Assembly: GCA_963702005.1 (NCBI GenBank) | Contig: OY969696.1 | Coordinates: forward strand, 544,001-608,000 | Source: Candidatus Aminicenantes bacterium | GTDB taxonomy: Bacteria > Acidobacteriota > Aminicenantia > Aminicenantales > JAFGBC01 | Reading direction: 5' to 3' | Length of the DNA: 64,000 nt | Part shown: positions 9,638-19,810 of the stretch, one piece after another | How the letters are laid out: every line of letters begins with the position of its first letter | Numbering within the stretch: position 1 is the stretch's first letter | Position numbers and translations under genes: made by a program | The notes under the pieces: model-generated | Seen by the model: the letters and a program-made list of their open reading frames with translations, nothing else | What the model was told of the DNA's origin: nothing | Database searches by the model: none

Positions 9638-10393
9638 ATGGGCAGGATTATAGCCGTAGCGAACCAGAAAGGCGGAGTCGGGAAGACCACGACGGCCATC
9701 AACCTGGGCGCCGCCCTTGCCGCAAGTAATCAGAGGGTCCTGTTGATTGACTTCGATCCCCAGGGGATGGCGACGACCGGGCTGGGGAAGGCCAAGGAGC
9801 CGGGCAAAGGCATTTATCAGGCTTTGATGAACGGCCGGTACCTGATGGACCTCATCCTTCAGGCCGGTCTCGATAATTACTATCTCTGTCCCTGCTCTCC
9901 CGAGCTCTCAGGGTTCGAGGCCGAAGTCTTCAACCAGGAGAACAATAAAATCCGGCTCAGGGAGGCTCTGTCCAGGATCAAAAAATATTTCAATTTTATC
10001 CTGGTCGACTGTCCCCCTTCGCTCAGCTTCCTGACCATCAACGCCCTGGCCGCGGCCGATTCCATCCTCATCCCCGTCCAATGCGAGTTCTTCTGCATGG
10101 AGGGGCTTCCCGACCTCCTTCACATCCTGGATGAAGTCCGCACCTACCTGAACCCCTCCTTGCGAATCGAGGGTGTCCTCCTGACCATGTTCGATGAAAG
10201 GACCAATTTGTCCAAGCAGGTCTCCGAGGAGATCAGAAAAACCCTCAAGAGCGTCGTCTATGAGGTCGTCATCCCCAGAAGCGTCAAGCTGGCCGAAGCC
10301 CCGAGTTTTGGTTTACCGATCGTGCTTTATGATATAAAATCCAGAGGGGCCGAGGCCTACCTGAGCCTCGCCCAGGAGATCCTGCGAAAATGA
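9638..10393 (+). CDS. parA: Chromosome partitioning ATPase ParA/Soj
   Basis: NQKGGVGKTT, DCPPSL, LAEAPSFG. Confidence 0.96.
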   Translation: MGRIIAVANQKGGVGKTTTAINLGAALAASNQRVLLIDFDPQGMATTGLGKAKEPGKGIYQALMNGRYLMDLILQAGLDNYYLCPCSPELSGFEAEVFNQENNKIRLREALSRIKKYFNFILVDCPPSLSFLTINALAAADSILIPVQCEFFCMEGLPDLLHILDEVRTYLNPSLRIEGVLLTMFDERTNLSKQVSEEIRKTLKSVVYEVVIPRSVKLAEAPSFGLPIVLYDIKSRGAEAYLSLAQEILRK

Positions 10394-11244
10394 CCAAGAA
10401 GGCCTTAGGAAAAGGCTTGGGCGCGTTCATCCCGGAGAGCTACGGCGTCATCAAGGATGAGCGCTATGCCGAGATCGACATCGACAAGCTCAAGCCCAAC
10501 CCCCATCAGCCCCGTTCTCGGTTCGACGAGCGGGCGATCGCCGAGCTGGCGGGATCCATGAAGGAAAGCGGCGTCCTGCAGCCGATCATCGTCGTCCCTG
10601 AAGAGGATCACTATACGATAATCGTCGGGGAGAGGCGATGGCGAGCCGCTCGAAGGGCGGGGCTCAAGCGGATTCCGGTCCTGGTCCGGCATATCGCTAA
10701 GGAGAAACAACTCGAAATCTCGCTCCTGGAGAACCTCCACCGGGAAGACCTCGGGCCGCTCGAAGTCGCCCTGGCCTACCAAAGAATGATCCAGGAGCTG
10801 GGCTATACCCAGGATCAGGTCGCCGAGAAGGTCGGGAAGGATAGGACCTCGGTTACGAATTACCTTCGGCTCTTGAAGCTCCCCAAGGAGATCCAGGAGC
10901 ACCTCATCGAGGGCCGGCTTTCGATGGGGCACGCGCGAGCCCTGATTGGGCTTGAGCGAGCCGAGGAACAGCTCGCGCTGGCCAGAAGGATCATCAAGAA
11001 CAGCCTGTCCGTCCGGGACGTCGAAGACATTATCGGCGGCCACAGAAAAAAGCCCAAGGATAAGGAGGGGAAGAGGCGTCCGGCCGATGCCGACTTGATG
11101 GCGGTCCAGGAGGACCTCATCCGGACCCTGGGGACCAAAGTCGTCATCTCGGGCCGGCCGAGCGCCGGAGTCATTAGAATTCATTATTTTTCTCTGGATG
11201 AGCTCAACAGAATTTACGACCTCATCAAGAGGCTGAAAGGATGA
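10390..11244 (+). CDS. parB: Chromosome partitioning protein ParB/Spo0J
   Basis: ALGKGL, PNPHQPR, GERRWRA, ENLHREDL, HTH. Confidence 0.96.
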   Translation: MTKKALGKGLGAFIPESYGVIKDERYAEIDIDKLKPNPHQPRSRFDERAIAELAGSMKESGVLQPIIVVPEEDHYTIIVGERRWRAARRAGLKRIPVLVRHIAKEKQLEISLLENLHREDLGPLEVALAYQRMIQELGYTQDQVAEKVGKDRTSVTNYLRLLKLPKEIQEHLIEGRLSMGHARALIGLERAEEQLALARRIIKNSLSVRDVEDIIGGHRKKPKDKEGKRRPADADLMAVQEDLIRTLGTKVVISGRPSAGVIRIHYFSLDELNRIYDLIKRLKG

Positions 11245-11251
11245 AAGAGAA

Positions 11252-11626
11252 ATGAAGGAAATCGACGAGAACAAGATCACGGGTTTTTTCGATAAGGACA
11301 CCGAGATCAAGGGCGAGCTGAATTTCAAGGGTTCCTTCCGGATCGACGGCCACTTCAACGGCAAGATCAACTCGGATTCTATCCTCATCGTCGGCGACAA
11401 AGGCAAGGTCGAGGCCGACATCCAAGTGGCCCACGTCATCATCAACGGAGAAATCAAGGGGACGATCCAGGCCAAGGACAAGGTGGAGATCCATAATCAA
11501 GGGCGGGTTTTCGGGACCATCATCACGCCCAAGCTCGTCGTCGAGGAAGGCGCTTATCTCGAAGCCCAGTGTCAGACAACCGAACACCCCGTCCAGCCCA
11601 AGCCGCACGGCAAGGATAAAATTTGA
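11252..11626 (+). CDS. Bactofilin (polymer-forming cytoskeletal protein)
   Basis: Beta-helix pattern EIKGELNFKGSFRIDGHFNGKI...VIINGEIKGTI...LVVEEGA. Confidence 0.9.
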   Translation: MKEIDENKITGFFDKDTEIKGELNFKGSFRIDGHFNGKINSDSILIVGDKGKVEADIQVAHVIINGEIKGTIQAKDKVEIHNQGRVFGTIITPKLVVEEGAYLEAQCQTTEHPVQPKPHGKDKI

Positions 11627-12360
11627 AGCGGACCATGAGGCGCGCAGCCGGGATCATTCCCTCCCGATACGATTCGACACGGTTCCCGGGAAAAGCGCTC
11701 CGGCCCATCTTGGGAACGCCCATGATCCAGCGCGTTTACGAGGGAGCTGCAACGGCAAAACTCTTGAACAGGGTCCTCGTAGCCACGGACGACGAGCGGA
11801 TCATCGCCGCCGTGAAGGGCTTCGGCGGCGAAGCCGTCATGACATCGTCCCATCATCCGTCCGGGACGGAAAGGGTCGCCGAGGCAGCCCGCGCTCTTTC
11901 CGAACCCATCATCATCAACATCCAGGGCGACGAGCCCTTGATCGAAGGCGGCCTGATCGACGAGCTTGTCCAGGCCCTCCAGGACGAACGCGTTCCGATG
12001 GCATCGCTCATGGTCAAGACGGCCGACCTCAACTTGATCCACGACCGGAACATCGTCAAGGTCGTCGTCGACAAGGAGGGCTTTGCCCTCTACTTCTCCC
12101 GGGCTCCCATCCCCTACGATCCTTCCGATTATTTTCTGAGGCACGTCGGGATCTACGGCTATCAGCGCGATTTCCTGCTCGAGTTCAGCCGGCTCGCGCC
12201 GACTCGGCTCGAACAGAACGAAAGGCTCGAACAGCTCAGGGCCCTCGAGAACGGATTCCGGATCAAGATGGTCGAGACGTCGTTCTCGACCTTGAGCGTC
12301 GACGTGCCCGGCGATATAATCAAAGTCGAAGAGGTCTTGAAGAAGAGGGTCCATGGCTAA
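11623..12360 (+). CDS. kdsB: 3-deoxy-manno-octulosonate cytidylyltransferase
   Basis: IIPSRYDSTRFPGK, SGTERVAE, NIQGDEP, LEQLRALENG; the start could be ATG 11635. Confidence 0.95.
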   Translation: MKRTMRRAAGIIPSRYDSTRFPGKALRPILGTPMIQRVYEGAATAKLLNRVLVATDDERIIAAVKGFGGEAVMTSSHHPSGTERVAEAARALSEPIIINIQGDEPLIEGGLIDELVQALQDERVPMASLMVKTADLNLIHDRNIVKVVVDKEGFALYFSRAPIPYDPSDYFLRHVGIYGYQRDFLLEFSRLAPTRLEQNERLEQLRALENGFRIKMVETSFSTLSVDVPGDIIKVEEVLKKRVHG

Positions 12361-13963
12361 GTATATTTTCGTAACGGGCGGAGTCCTTTCCGCGTTGGGA
12401 AAAGGGATCGCCGCGGCGTCGATCGGGAATCTTCTCGAAGGCCACGGCTATAAAATCAGCCTGGTGAAGTTCGATCCGTATCTAAACGTGGACCCGGGGA
12501 CGATGAACCCCTTCCAGCACGGAGAGGTCTATGTGACCGACGACGGGGCCGAGACCGACCTCGACCTCGGCCACTACGAGCGGTTCACGACGACGACGAC
12601 CGGAAAGCCCAACAACTGGACGGCCGGCAAGATCTACGACACGATCATCAAGAAGGAGCGGCGGGGCGAGTTCCTGGGCAAGACCGTTCAGGTCATTCCG
12701 CACGTCACCGATGAGATCAAGCGGTCGCTCGAAGCGGCCGCTGCCGGCAAGGACATCGTCATCGTCGAGATCGGGGGGACCGTTGGCGATATCGAGAGCC
12801 TGCCGTTTCTCGAGGCGACCCGGCAGATGCGCCTGACCCTGGGCGGGGGGAACGCGATCTTCGTCCATCTCACGCTTGTTCCCTACATTAAAACCTCGGG
12901 AGAGCTCAAGACCAAGCCGACCCAGCACAGCGTCAAGGAGCTCCGGACGATCGGGATCCAGCCCGACATCCTCCTCTGCCGGACGGATCGCTTCCTGACC
13001 CAGGACATCAAGTCTAAGATCGCGCTGTTCACCAACGTCCCCCTCGAGGCCGTCATCACGGCCAAGGACGTTGACAACATCTACGAGATCCCGCTCATCT
13101 TTGGCAAGGAAGGCCTGGACGCCATCGTCCTCAAGCTCCTCAAGCTTCCGGCCAAGAAGAGAAACATCGAACGCTGGCGGACGCTGGTCCGGAGGATGGA
13201 GAAGCCTTCGGGCGAGGTCGATATCGCGGTCGTGGGCAAATACGCGGGCTTCCAGGATTCCTACTTGAGCCTCAAGGAAGCCCTCAAACACGGCGGCATC
13301 GCCCACGGGCTCAACGTCAACATCCACTGGATCGAGGCCGAGGAGTTCGAGCAGGGGCGGCCGCCCAAAGCGCTTCGCGGCATGGACGGAATTCTCATCC
13401 CGGGCGGGTTCGGCCAGCGCGGCATCGAGGGCAAGGTGCGGGTCGCCGGCTATGCGCGGGAGAAGAAAGTTCCCTTCTTCGGCATCTGCCTCGGCATGCA
13501 GTGCGCCGTCATCGAATTCAGCCGGAACGTCGCGGGGCTCAAAGGCGCCCACAGCACGGAGTTCGATCCGGAGACGCCCCACAAAGTCTTCTTCCTGTGG
13601 CGCGAGCTCAAGCGGGATCATGAGCTGGGCGGGACGATGCGGCTCGGCCAGTACGCTTGCGCCCTCGAAAAAAACACGGTTGCATATAGGGCTTATCGGA
13701 GCGCGAATATTTTTGAGCGCCATCGCCATCGCTACGAATTTAATCCCGAGTATGAAGCGCGGCTGGCCCTGGCCGGGATGGTTTTTTCGGGGCGGAACAT
13801 CGAACATAAGCTCATCGAGATCGTCGAGCTCAGGAACCATCCCTGGTTCCTGGGCTGCCAGTTCCACCCCGAATTCAAGTCCCGTCCCCTGACGCCTCAT
13901 CCTCTCTTCAAAGCCTTCATCGGAGCGAGCCATGCCCACGGTCTCGAAAACCATAAGTCTTGA
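12353..13963 (+). CDS. pyrG: CTP synthase
   Basis: KYIFVTGGVLSALGKG, DPYLNVDPGTM, GICLGMQ, QFHPEF. Confidence 0.98.
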   Translation: MAKYIFVTGGVLSALGKGIAAASIGNLLEGHGYKISLVKFDPYLNVDPGTMNPFQHGEVYVTDDGAETDLDLGHYERFTTTTTGKPNNWTAGKIYDTIIKKERRGEFLGKTVQVIPHVTDEIKRSLEAAAAGKDIVIVEIGGTVGDIESLPFLEATRQMRLTLGGGNAIFVHLTLVPYIKTSGELKTKPTQHSVKELRTIGIQPDILLCRTDRFLTQDIKSKIALFTNVPLEAVITAKDVDNIYEIPLIFGKEGLDAIVLKLLKLPAKKRNIERWRTLVRRMEKPSGEVDIAVVGKYAGFQDSYLSLKEALKHGGIAHGLNVNIHWIEAEEFEQGRPPKALRGMDGILIPGGFGQRGIEGKVRVAGYAREKKVPFFGICLGMQCAVIEFSRNVAGLKGAHSTEFDPETPHKVFFLWRELKRDHELGGTMRLGQYACALEKNTVAYRAYRSANIFERHRHRYEFNPEYEARLALAGMVFSGRNIEHKLIEIVELRNHPWFLGCQFHPEFKSRPLTPHPLFKAFIGASHAHGLENHKS

Positions 13964-14774
13964 CGGCGACGTCGTCCTCGGCGGCGGGCCGCTTTTTCTC
14001 ATCGGCGGCCCGTGCGTCATCGAAAGCCGCGCCCACGCTCTGTTCCTGGCCCGCGAGATCAAGGCCGTTTGCGCTGAGCTCAGTCTCCCTTACGTCTTCA
14101 AGGCCTCCTTTGACAAAGCCAACCGCTCCTCGCTCGAGTCCTACCGCGGCCCCGGACTCGAAGAAGGGCTCGACATCCTGCGCGAGGTCAAGGCCGAGGC
14201 GGGCGTTCCCGTCCTGTCCGACGTCCACGAAACGGCCCAGGTCGCCAAGGCGGCCGAGGTCCTGGACGTCATTCAAATCCCGGCCTTCCTCTGCCGGCAG
14301 ACGGACCTCATCCTCGAAGCGGCCGGAACCGGGCGGGCCGTCAACATCAAGAAGGGACAGTTCATGTCCCCCTCCGAGATGAAGAACGCGGTGGACAAAG
14401 CCGGGAGCGCCGGAAACGAGAAAGTCCTCCTGACCGAGAGGGGAACTTTCTTCGGCTACAATAACCTTGTCTTCGACATTCGTTCCATCCCGACCATGAA
14501 GGCGTGGGGCTGCCCGGTCGTCATCGACGCCTCCCATCTCGTCCAGAAGCCGGGCGGCCGGGGGACGGTTTCGGGAGGCGAGGCGGACTTCATTCCGCTC
14601 ATGGCTAAGGCCGGAGTCACGGCCGGAGCCGACGGCGTTTTCCTCGAGATCCATGAGGAGCCGGAGCGCGCCCTGTCGGACAAGTCTAACTCGTTGAAAT
14701 TAAATAAATTAAAAGGATTGCTCCGGACTCTGCTTCGCCTCAGATCGGCCCTGGAAACGGAGCGCAACGGGTAA
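13932..14774 (+). CDS. kdsA: KDO-8-phosphate synthase
   Basis: GPCVIES, FKASFDKANRSS, QIPAFLCRQTDL, NIKKGQF. Confidence 0.97.
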   Translation: MPTVSKTISLDGDVVLGGGPLFLIGGPCVIESRAHALFLAREIKAVCAELSLPYVFKASFDKANRSSLESYRGPGLEEGLDILREVKAEAGVPVLSDVHETAQVAKAAEVLDVIQIPAFLCRQTDLILEAAGTGRAVNIKKGQFMSPSEMKNAVDKAGSAGNEKVLLTERGTFFGYNNLVFDIRSIPTMKAWGCPVVIDASHLVQKPGGRGTVSGGEADFIPLMAKAGVTAGADGVFLEIHEEPERALSDKSNSLKLNKLKGLLRTLLRLRSALETERNG

Positions 14775-14778
14775 GGCC

Positions 14779-15750
14779 ATGACGAAGAAGGATATCATCA
14801 AAACAGGCCGCGACGTCCTGGCCGTCGAAGCCCGGGCCGTCGAAGGGCTCGTCGGCAGGCTCGGCGAGGAATTCGCCCGGGCCGTCGAGCTGCTGTCGAG
14901 ATCGCGGTCCCGGGTCATCGTGACCGGGATGGGGAAATCCGGGCTCATCGGACGCAAGATGGCGGCCACCTTGGCCAGCTGCGGCACTCCCGCCATGTTT
15001 GTCCACCCGGCCGAGGCGGGCCACGGCGACCTTGGTATGCTTCTCAAGGACGACGTCCTCATCGCCATTTCCTACTCGGGCGAGACGAAGGAGATCGTCT
15101 ACCTGCTCGAGTTTTTCAAGCGGATCGGCGTCAAGCTCATCTCGATCACCGGCAGCCGCAATTCACGGATCGCCCGCTACAGCGACATCGTCCTCGACGC
15201 CAAGGTCGACCGCGAAGCGGGTCCGAGCAACATCGTCCCCACGGCGAGCTCGACGGCCGCCCTGGCTCTGGGCGACGCGCTGGCCATCGCCCTCATGAAG
15301 AAGAAAGGGTTCAGCGAGCGGGATTTCGCCCTCGTCCATCCCAAGGGCCAGATCGGGAAGCGCCTCCTCCGGGTCGGAAGCCTGATGCGGCGCGGCCCGA
15401 AGATCCCGACGGTCGGGACGACGGCCCCAATGGGCGACGTCATCGAAGAGATGACGGCGAAACGGGTCGGCATGACCTGCATCGTCGACGACGACCGGAA
15501 GCTGGTCGGAATCATCACCGACGGCGACCTGCGCCGGCTCCTCCGCAAGCACCAGGAGGGCGTCCTGAGGATGACGGCCGGAGACTGCATGACGCGCGAT
15601 CCGATCACGGTCGATAAGAAGGAGCTGGCGACCGAGGCCCTTAACCTCATGGAAAATAAACGGATCACTTCTTTGGTCATCAAGGGCAAGGACGGCCGGG
15701 TCGAGGGCGTCATCCACCTCCACGACCTGTGGCGGACCGAGATGTTCTGA
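14779..15750 (+). CDS. kdsD: Arabinose-5-phosphate isomerase (KdsD/KpsF/GutQ)
   Basis: SIS domain (TGMGKSG, HPAEAGHGDLG) plus two CBS domains. Confidence 0.95.
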   Translation: MTKKDIIKTGRDVLAVEARAVEGLVGRLGEEFARAVELLSRSRSRVIVTGMGKSGLIGRKMAATLASCGTPAMFVHPAEAGHGDLGMLLKDDVLIAISYSGETKEIVYLLEFFKRIGVKLISITGSRNSRIARYSDIVLDAKVDREAGPSNIVPTASSTAALALGDALAIALMKKKGFSERDFALVHPKGQIGKRLLRVGSLMRRGPKIPTVGTTAPMGDVIEEMTAKRVGMTCIVDDDRKLVGIITDGDLRRLLRKHQEGVLRMTAGDCMTRDPITVDKKELATEALNLMENKRITSLVIKGKDGRVEGVIHLHDLWRTEMF

Positions 15751-16463
15751 TGAGCCTCCGCAACAAAGCCCGGGCGATCAAGCTCATCCTGATGGACGTC
15801 GACGGGACGCTGACCGACGGGTCTCTGGTCATTCTGCCCGACGGCGAAGAGGTCAAGGCCTACAACGTCCGGGACGGGATGGGAATCCTGATGGCGCGCA
15901 AAGCGGGGATCGAGGTCGGGATTATCACCGGCAAGACCTCGCGCTCCCTCGATCATCGCTCGGCTAAGCTCCACCTGGCCGAGGTTCACCAGGGCGTGAC
16001 CGACAAGGGCAAGGTTCTGGCCGAGATCCTCGAGCGGCGCAAGCTCGCGGCCGAGGAAGTCGCCTACATCGGGGACGACCTGGGAGACCTCGACGTCCTC
16101 CGGGCCGTCGGGCTGGCGGGCGCGGTCGGAGACGCCCATCCGCTCGTTCGCAAGCACAGCGACTATGTCTGCCGCCGGCCGGGAGGGAAGGGCGCCGTCC
16201 GGGAGTTCATCGAAATCATCATCAAGAGCCAGGGTCAATGGGAGACGGTCATGTCCGGACTGTCCGGCCTGCTCGACCCATTCGCAGACGCTACCCCGCC
16301 TAGAAGGCGGGGCTTAAAATCGGAGCCCCGCCTTTCAAGGCGGGGACGAGAAGCGAGGCTCAGGGTTAACCCCGAACAAGCCCCGGCATTCATGCCGGGG
16401 AGCCAAGGGGTTGACCTCAAAGGGGAACCGGCCGCCCGGGCTCCCCGGCGCAAGCGATCGTGA
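15750..16463 (+). CDS. kdsC: KDO-8-phosphate phosphatase (HAD) with repeat-derived C-terminal extension
   Basis: MDVDGTLTDG, IGDDLGD, GGKGAVRE. ATG 15750 overlaps the kdsD stop. The tail includes 46 codons from a repeat element. Confidence 0.92.
   Translation: MSLRNKARAIKLILMDVDGTLTDGSLVILPDGEEVKAYNVRDGMGILMARKAGIEVGIITGKTSRSLDHRSAKLHLAEVHQGVTDKGKVLAEILERRKLAAEEVAYIGDDLGDLDVLRAVGLAGAVGDAHPLVRKHSDYVCRRPGGKGAVREFIEIIIKSQGQWETVMSGLSGLLDPFADATPPRRRGLKSEPRLSRRGREARLRVNPEQAPAFMPGSQGVDLKGEPAARAPRRKRS
16273..16415. repeat. Nested palindromic repeat family A, copy 1 (core plus module B), in-frame within kdsC
   Basis: Closely similar to 52431-52574 and 55300-55484; bounded by TCGAC...TTGAC. Confidence 0.9.
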
Positions 16464-16475
16464 TGGAGGAGGACC

Positions 16476-17852
16476 ATGGAGGTCAACCCTAACATCTTCC
16501 GCGAGTACGACATCCGGGGGATCGTCGACAAGGACCTCGACGCCGGCGTCGTTGAAACACTGGGCCGAGCCGCTGGAACATATTTCCGGCGGGAAGGGAA
16601 GCGGACGGTCGCCGTCGGCCGGGACTGCCGGCTGAGCTCGCCGGGCTTCTTCACGGCGATGGCGCGGGGGCTCCAGGCGACGGGCTGCCGTGTCGTTGAC
16701 CTCGGCGTCATCCCGACTCCGCTCCTCTATTTCAGCATCTTCTATAAGAACTACGAAGCCGGCGTCATGATCACGGGTTCCCACAACCCGCCCGACCAGA
16801 ACGGCTTCAAGCTCATGTCCGGCCGGGACACCCTCTACGGGCCGACCATCCAGGAGCTTTATGGACTGATCCGGGACCGTCGGCTCCTCGAGGAGGCGGG
16901 CGGAAGCCTGACTTCCTACGCCCTCATCCCCGAGTATACGGATTATGTCCTGGCCAATATCTCCCCCCTGAAGAATCTTCGCGTCGTCGTCGACGCCGGG
17001 AACGGCACGGCCGGAGTCGTGGCCGTCCCGATCTTACGCAAACTCGGATGCGAGGTGACCGAGCTCTATTGCGACATGGACGGCCGCTTCCCCCACCACC
17101 ATCCGGACCCGACGCTGCCCGAAGCCATGGAGGACCTCATCCGGACCGTCCGCGAGACGAAAGCCGACCTGGGCATCGCCTATGACGGAGACGGCGACCG
17201 AATCGGCGCCGTCGACGATCAAGGCCGCATCGTTTGGGGAGACCAGCTCATGGTCGTCTTCAGCCGCGACGTTCTGGCCCGCAATCCCGGCGCGGCCATT
17301 ATTTCGGAGGTCAAGGCCTCCAAGACGCTCTACGAGGAAATCGAGAAACTGGGCGGCCGCCCCATCATGTGGAAGACGGGCCATTCCCTGATCAAGAAGA
17401 AGATCAAGGAGGAGAAAGCGCTCCTCGCCGGGGAGATGAGCGGACACATCTTCTTCGCCGACCGCTTCTTCGGGTTCGACGACGCCATCTACGCCTCGGC
17501 TCGGCTGCTCGAGATCCTGTCCTCATCGAAGCGGAAGCTGTCCGACATGCTGGCCGACCTGCCCAAAACCTACACGACGCCGGAGATCAGGGTTTACGCT
17601 TCGGAGGAGGTCAAGTTCAAGATCGTGGACGAGGTCCGCAAGGAACTTGCCAAGAGCCACTCCGTCATCGATATCGACGGCGTCCGGGCCATCTATTCGC
17701 GCGGCTGGGGGTTGGTCCGGGCTTCCAACACCCAAGCCGTCCTCGTCTTGCGCTTCGAGGCCGATACGCCCGAGGACCTGGCCGCCATTCAAAAAGACGT
17801 CCGGGGCGTCCTCGAGTCGGTCATTAAAAAGTTGGAGCCGAACTCGAAATGA
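16476..17852 (+). CDS. Phosphomannomutase/phosphoglucomutase (AlgC-like)
   Basis: IFREYDIRG, MITGSHNP, YDGDGDR, GEMSGH, VRASNT. Confidence 0.95.
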   Translation: MEVNPNIFREYDIRGIVDKDLDAGVVETLGRAAGTYFRREGKRTVAVGRDCRLSSPGFFTAMARGLQATGCRVVDLGVIPTPLLYFSIFYKNYEAGVMITGSHNPPDQNGFKLMSGRDTLYGPTIQELYGLIRDRRLLEEAGGSLTSYALIPEYTDYVLANISPLKNLRVVVDAGNGTAGVVAVPILRKLGCEVTELYCDMDGRFPHHHPDPTLPEAMEDLIRTVRETKADLGIAYDGDGDRIGAVDDQGRIVWGDQLMVVFSRDVLARNPGAAIISEVKASKTLYEEIEKLGGRPIMWKTGHSLIKKKIKEEKALLAGEMSGHIFFADRFFGFDDAIYASARLLEILSSSKRKLSDMLADLPKTYTTPEIRVYASEEVKFKIVDEVRKELAKSHSVIDIDGVRAIYSRGWGLVRASNTQAVLVLRFEADTPEDLAAIQKDVRGVLESVIKKLEPNSK

Positions 17853-18931
17853 GCGCCCAGCTCCACGCCGTCATCATGGCCGGGGGGAGCGGCACGCGGT
17901 TCTGGCCGCTCAGCCGCGCCCGGCGGCCCAAGCAGTTCCTGCCCATCGTCAGCCGGAAGACCATGGTCGAGGAGACGGTGGACCGCCTCCAGCCGCTCGT
18001 CCGGGCTGAACGGGTCTATACGATCGCCAACCGCGAACAGACGAGAGCGCTCCGCAAGCTCCTCCCCCGCCTTCCCCGCCCGAACCTCCTCGTCGAGCCG
18101 GCGAGCCGCAACACGGCGCCCTCGCTGATGCTGGCCACGGCCCGGATCTATCTTCGCGATCCCAAGGCCGTGGTCGCGGCGCTCCCGGCCGACCACCTCA
18201 TCAAGGACGCGGCCCGTTTCCGGGAGAAGCTCAAGGCCGGCGCCGAAGCGGCTTTCCGGGGAGAGCACCTCGTCACTTTCGGCATCCCGCCCAGTTATCC
18301 TTCGACCGGATACGGCTATATCCACTTCGAGAAGGACAATCCGCTCGAGGCCGGCGGCCAGCCCTTCCACAAAGTTCGTGCCTTCAAGGAGAAGCCGGCT
18401 TATGACCAGGCCGTCCGCTTCCTGGCCGAGGGTACCTATTTTTGGAACTCGGGGATGTTCCTGTGGCGGGCCGACGTGTTCGCCCGCAAGCTCGAGCGAT
18501 ACGCGCCTGACCTCTTCCCGTTCTGGACGCGGATGCTCAAGGCCGTGGCCAAGAAGTCCGGGACGGCCCTCGCCGCTATTTTTCGGGAGATCCCTTCCAT
18601 CTCCATCGACTATGCCCTGATGGAAAAAGCCGAGGGCGTGCTGATGACCGAGGGCGATTTCGGGTGGTCCGACGTCGGGGCCTGGTCCTCGCTCGTCGAC
18701 ATCTGGCCCCGCGACGCCGATGGAAACGCCGCGAACGGCGAGACGCTGATCTTGGACGCCCGCGACTGCCTGGTCTACAACCCGCGCAAGCTCACGGCAC
18801 TCATCGGCGTCAAGGACCTGGTCGTCATCGAGACCGAGGACGCCCTCCTTGTCTGCCGCAAGGACCTCGACCAGAAGGTCAAGGACGCGGTCGAAGCCCT
18901 GAGGAAGAAGGGGAAGGGCGAGTGCGTCTGA
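17849..18931 (+). CDS. manC: Mannose-1-phosphate guanylyltransferase
   Basis: MAGGSGTRFWPLSR, PKQFL, RNTAP, TGYGYI, SIDYALMEKA, WSDVGAW. Confidence 0.93.
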   Translation: MSAQLHAVIMAGGSGTRFWPLSRARRPKQFLPIVSRKTMVEETVDRLQPLVRAERVYTIANREQTRALRKLLPRLPRPNLLVEPASRNTAPSLMLATARIYLRDPKAVVAALPADHLIKDAARFREKLKAGAEAAFRGEHLVTFGIPPSYPSTGYGYIHFEKDNPLEAGGQPFHKVRAFKEKPAYDQAVRFLAEGTYFWNSGMFLWRADVFARKLERYAPDLFPFWTRMLKAVAKKSGTALAAIFREIPSISIDYALMEKAEGVLMTEGDFGWSDVGAWSSLVDIWPRDADGNAANGETLILDARDCLVYNPRKLTALIGVKDLVVIETEDALLVCRKDLDQKVKDAVEALRKKGKGECV

Positions 18932-19717
18932 CTACTTCGCCAGTCCGATGAGCAGGGCGGCCAGCCCGGCGGCGATCCTGTACCAGCCGAAAAGAACCAG
19001 GCTGTGACGCTGTAAATAAGCGATCAGCCACTTCATGGCGAAAAAGGCGACGATGAAGGCCACCGCCATTCCCAAGGCCAGCAACAAAATGTTCGTCCCC
19101 GAATGAAGGAGAAGTTCGCGCGATTTGTAGAGATCGTAGAGGCCGGCCGAGAGAAGAGTCGGGATGGACAGAAAGAAGGAAAAGAAGGCGGAGTCGGAGC
19201 GCTTGTAGCCCAGGACCATCATGGTCAGGATGACGGCGCCCGCCCGCGAGACCCCGGGCAGGAACGAAGCGGATTGAAACAGGCCGACGAGAAAGGCGTC
19301 CCGCCAGGTCAGGGACGAGACGGCCTTGAGCGGCCGGAGGACGCCTTTCTTGACAAGGATCTCGAAGACGAGAAACGCGATCCCGACCACTATGAATATT
19401 AAGACCATGGCCGGATAGGACTCGAAAAAGACGGCCTTGACCGTCCTATAGAGGAGCGCGCCGAGCAGGGCCGTGGGCAGGAAAGCGACGGCGGTTTTAA
19501 GGAGAAGGTCGCGGCCCGTCCTCAACCGGTCGCGGTAGAGCCAGACCACGGCCAGGATGGCCCCGCCCTGGACGACGACCTCGAACATTTTCTGGAAATC
19601 TCCCCCGGCCATCCCGAGCAGCCGGGCCGTCATGATCAGATGGAAGGTCGAGGAGACGGGCAGGAATTCCGTGACGCCTTCCACGATCCCGAGGAGAATG
19701 ACCTGGAGTATGCTCAT
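18932..19717 (-). CDS. uppP: Undecaprenyl-diphosphatase
   Basis: GIVEGVTEFLPVSST, PGVSRAG, FGWYRI. Confidence 0.95.
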   Translation of the reverse strand: MSILQVILLGIVEGVTEFLPVSSTFHLIMTARLLGMAGGDFQKMFEVVVQGGAILAVVWLYRDRLRTGRDLLLKTAVAFLPTALLGALLYRTVKAVFFESYPAMVLIFIVVGIAFLVFEILVKKGVLRPLKAVSSLTWRDAFLVGLFQSASFLPGVSRAGAVILTMMVLGYKRSDSAFFSFFLSIPTLLSAGLYDLYKSRELLLHSGTNILLLALGMAVAFIVAFFAMKWLIAYLQRHSLVLFGWYRIAAGLAALLIGLAK

Positions 19718-19810
19718 GTTACGCCGCGCTCATGTCTCGATGGGTCGTGTATACCATAAGCCCATGCAGCCCGTCAAAGGATTCGGCCCGAAAACGCCGG
19801 CGGCCGGATC

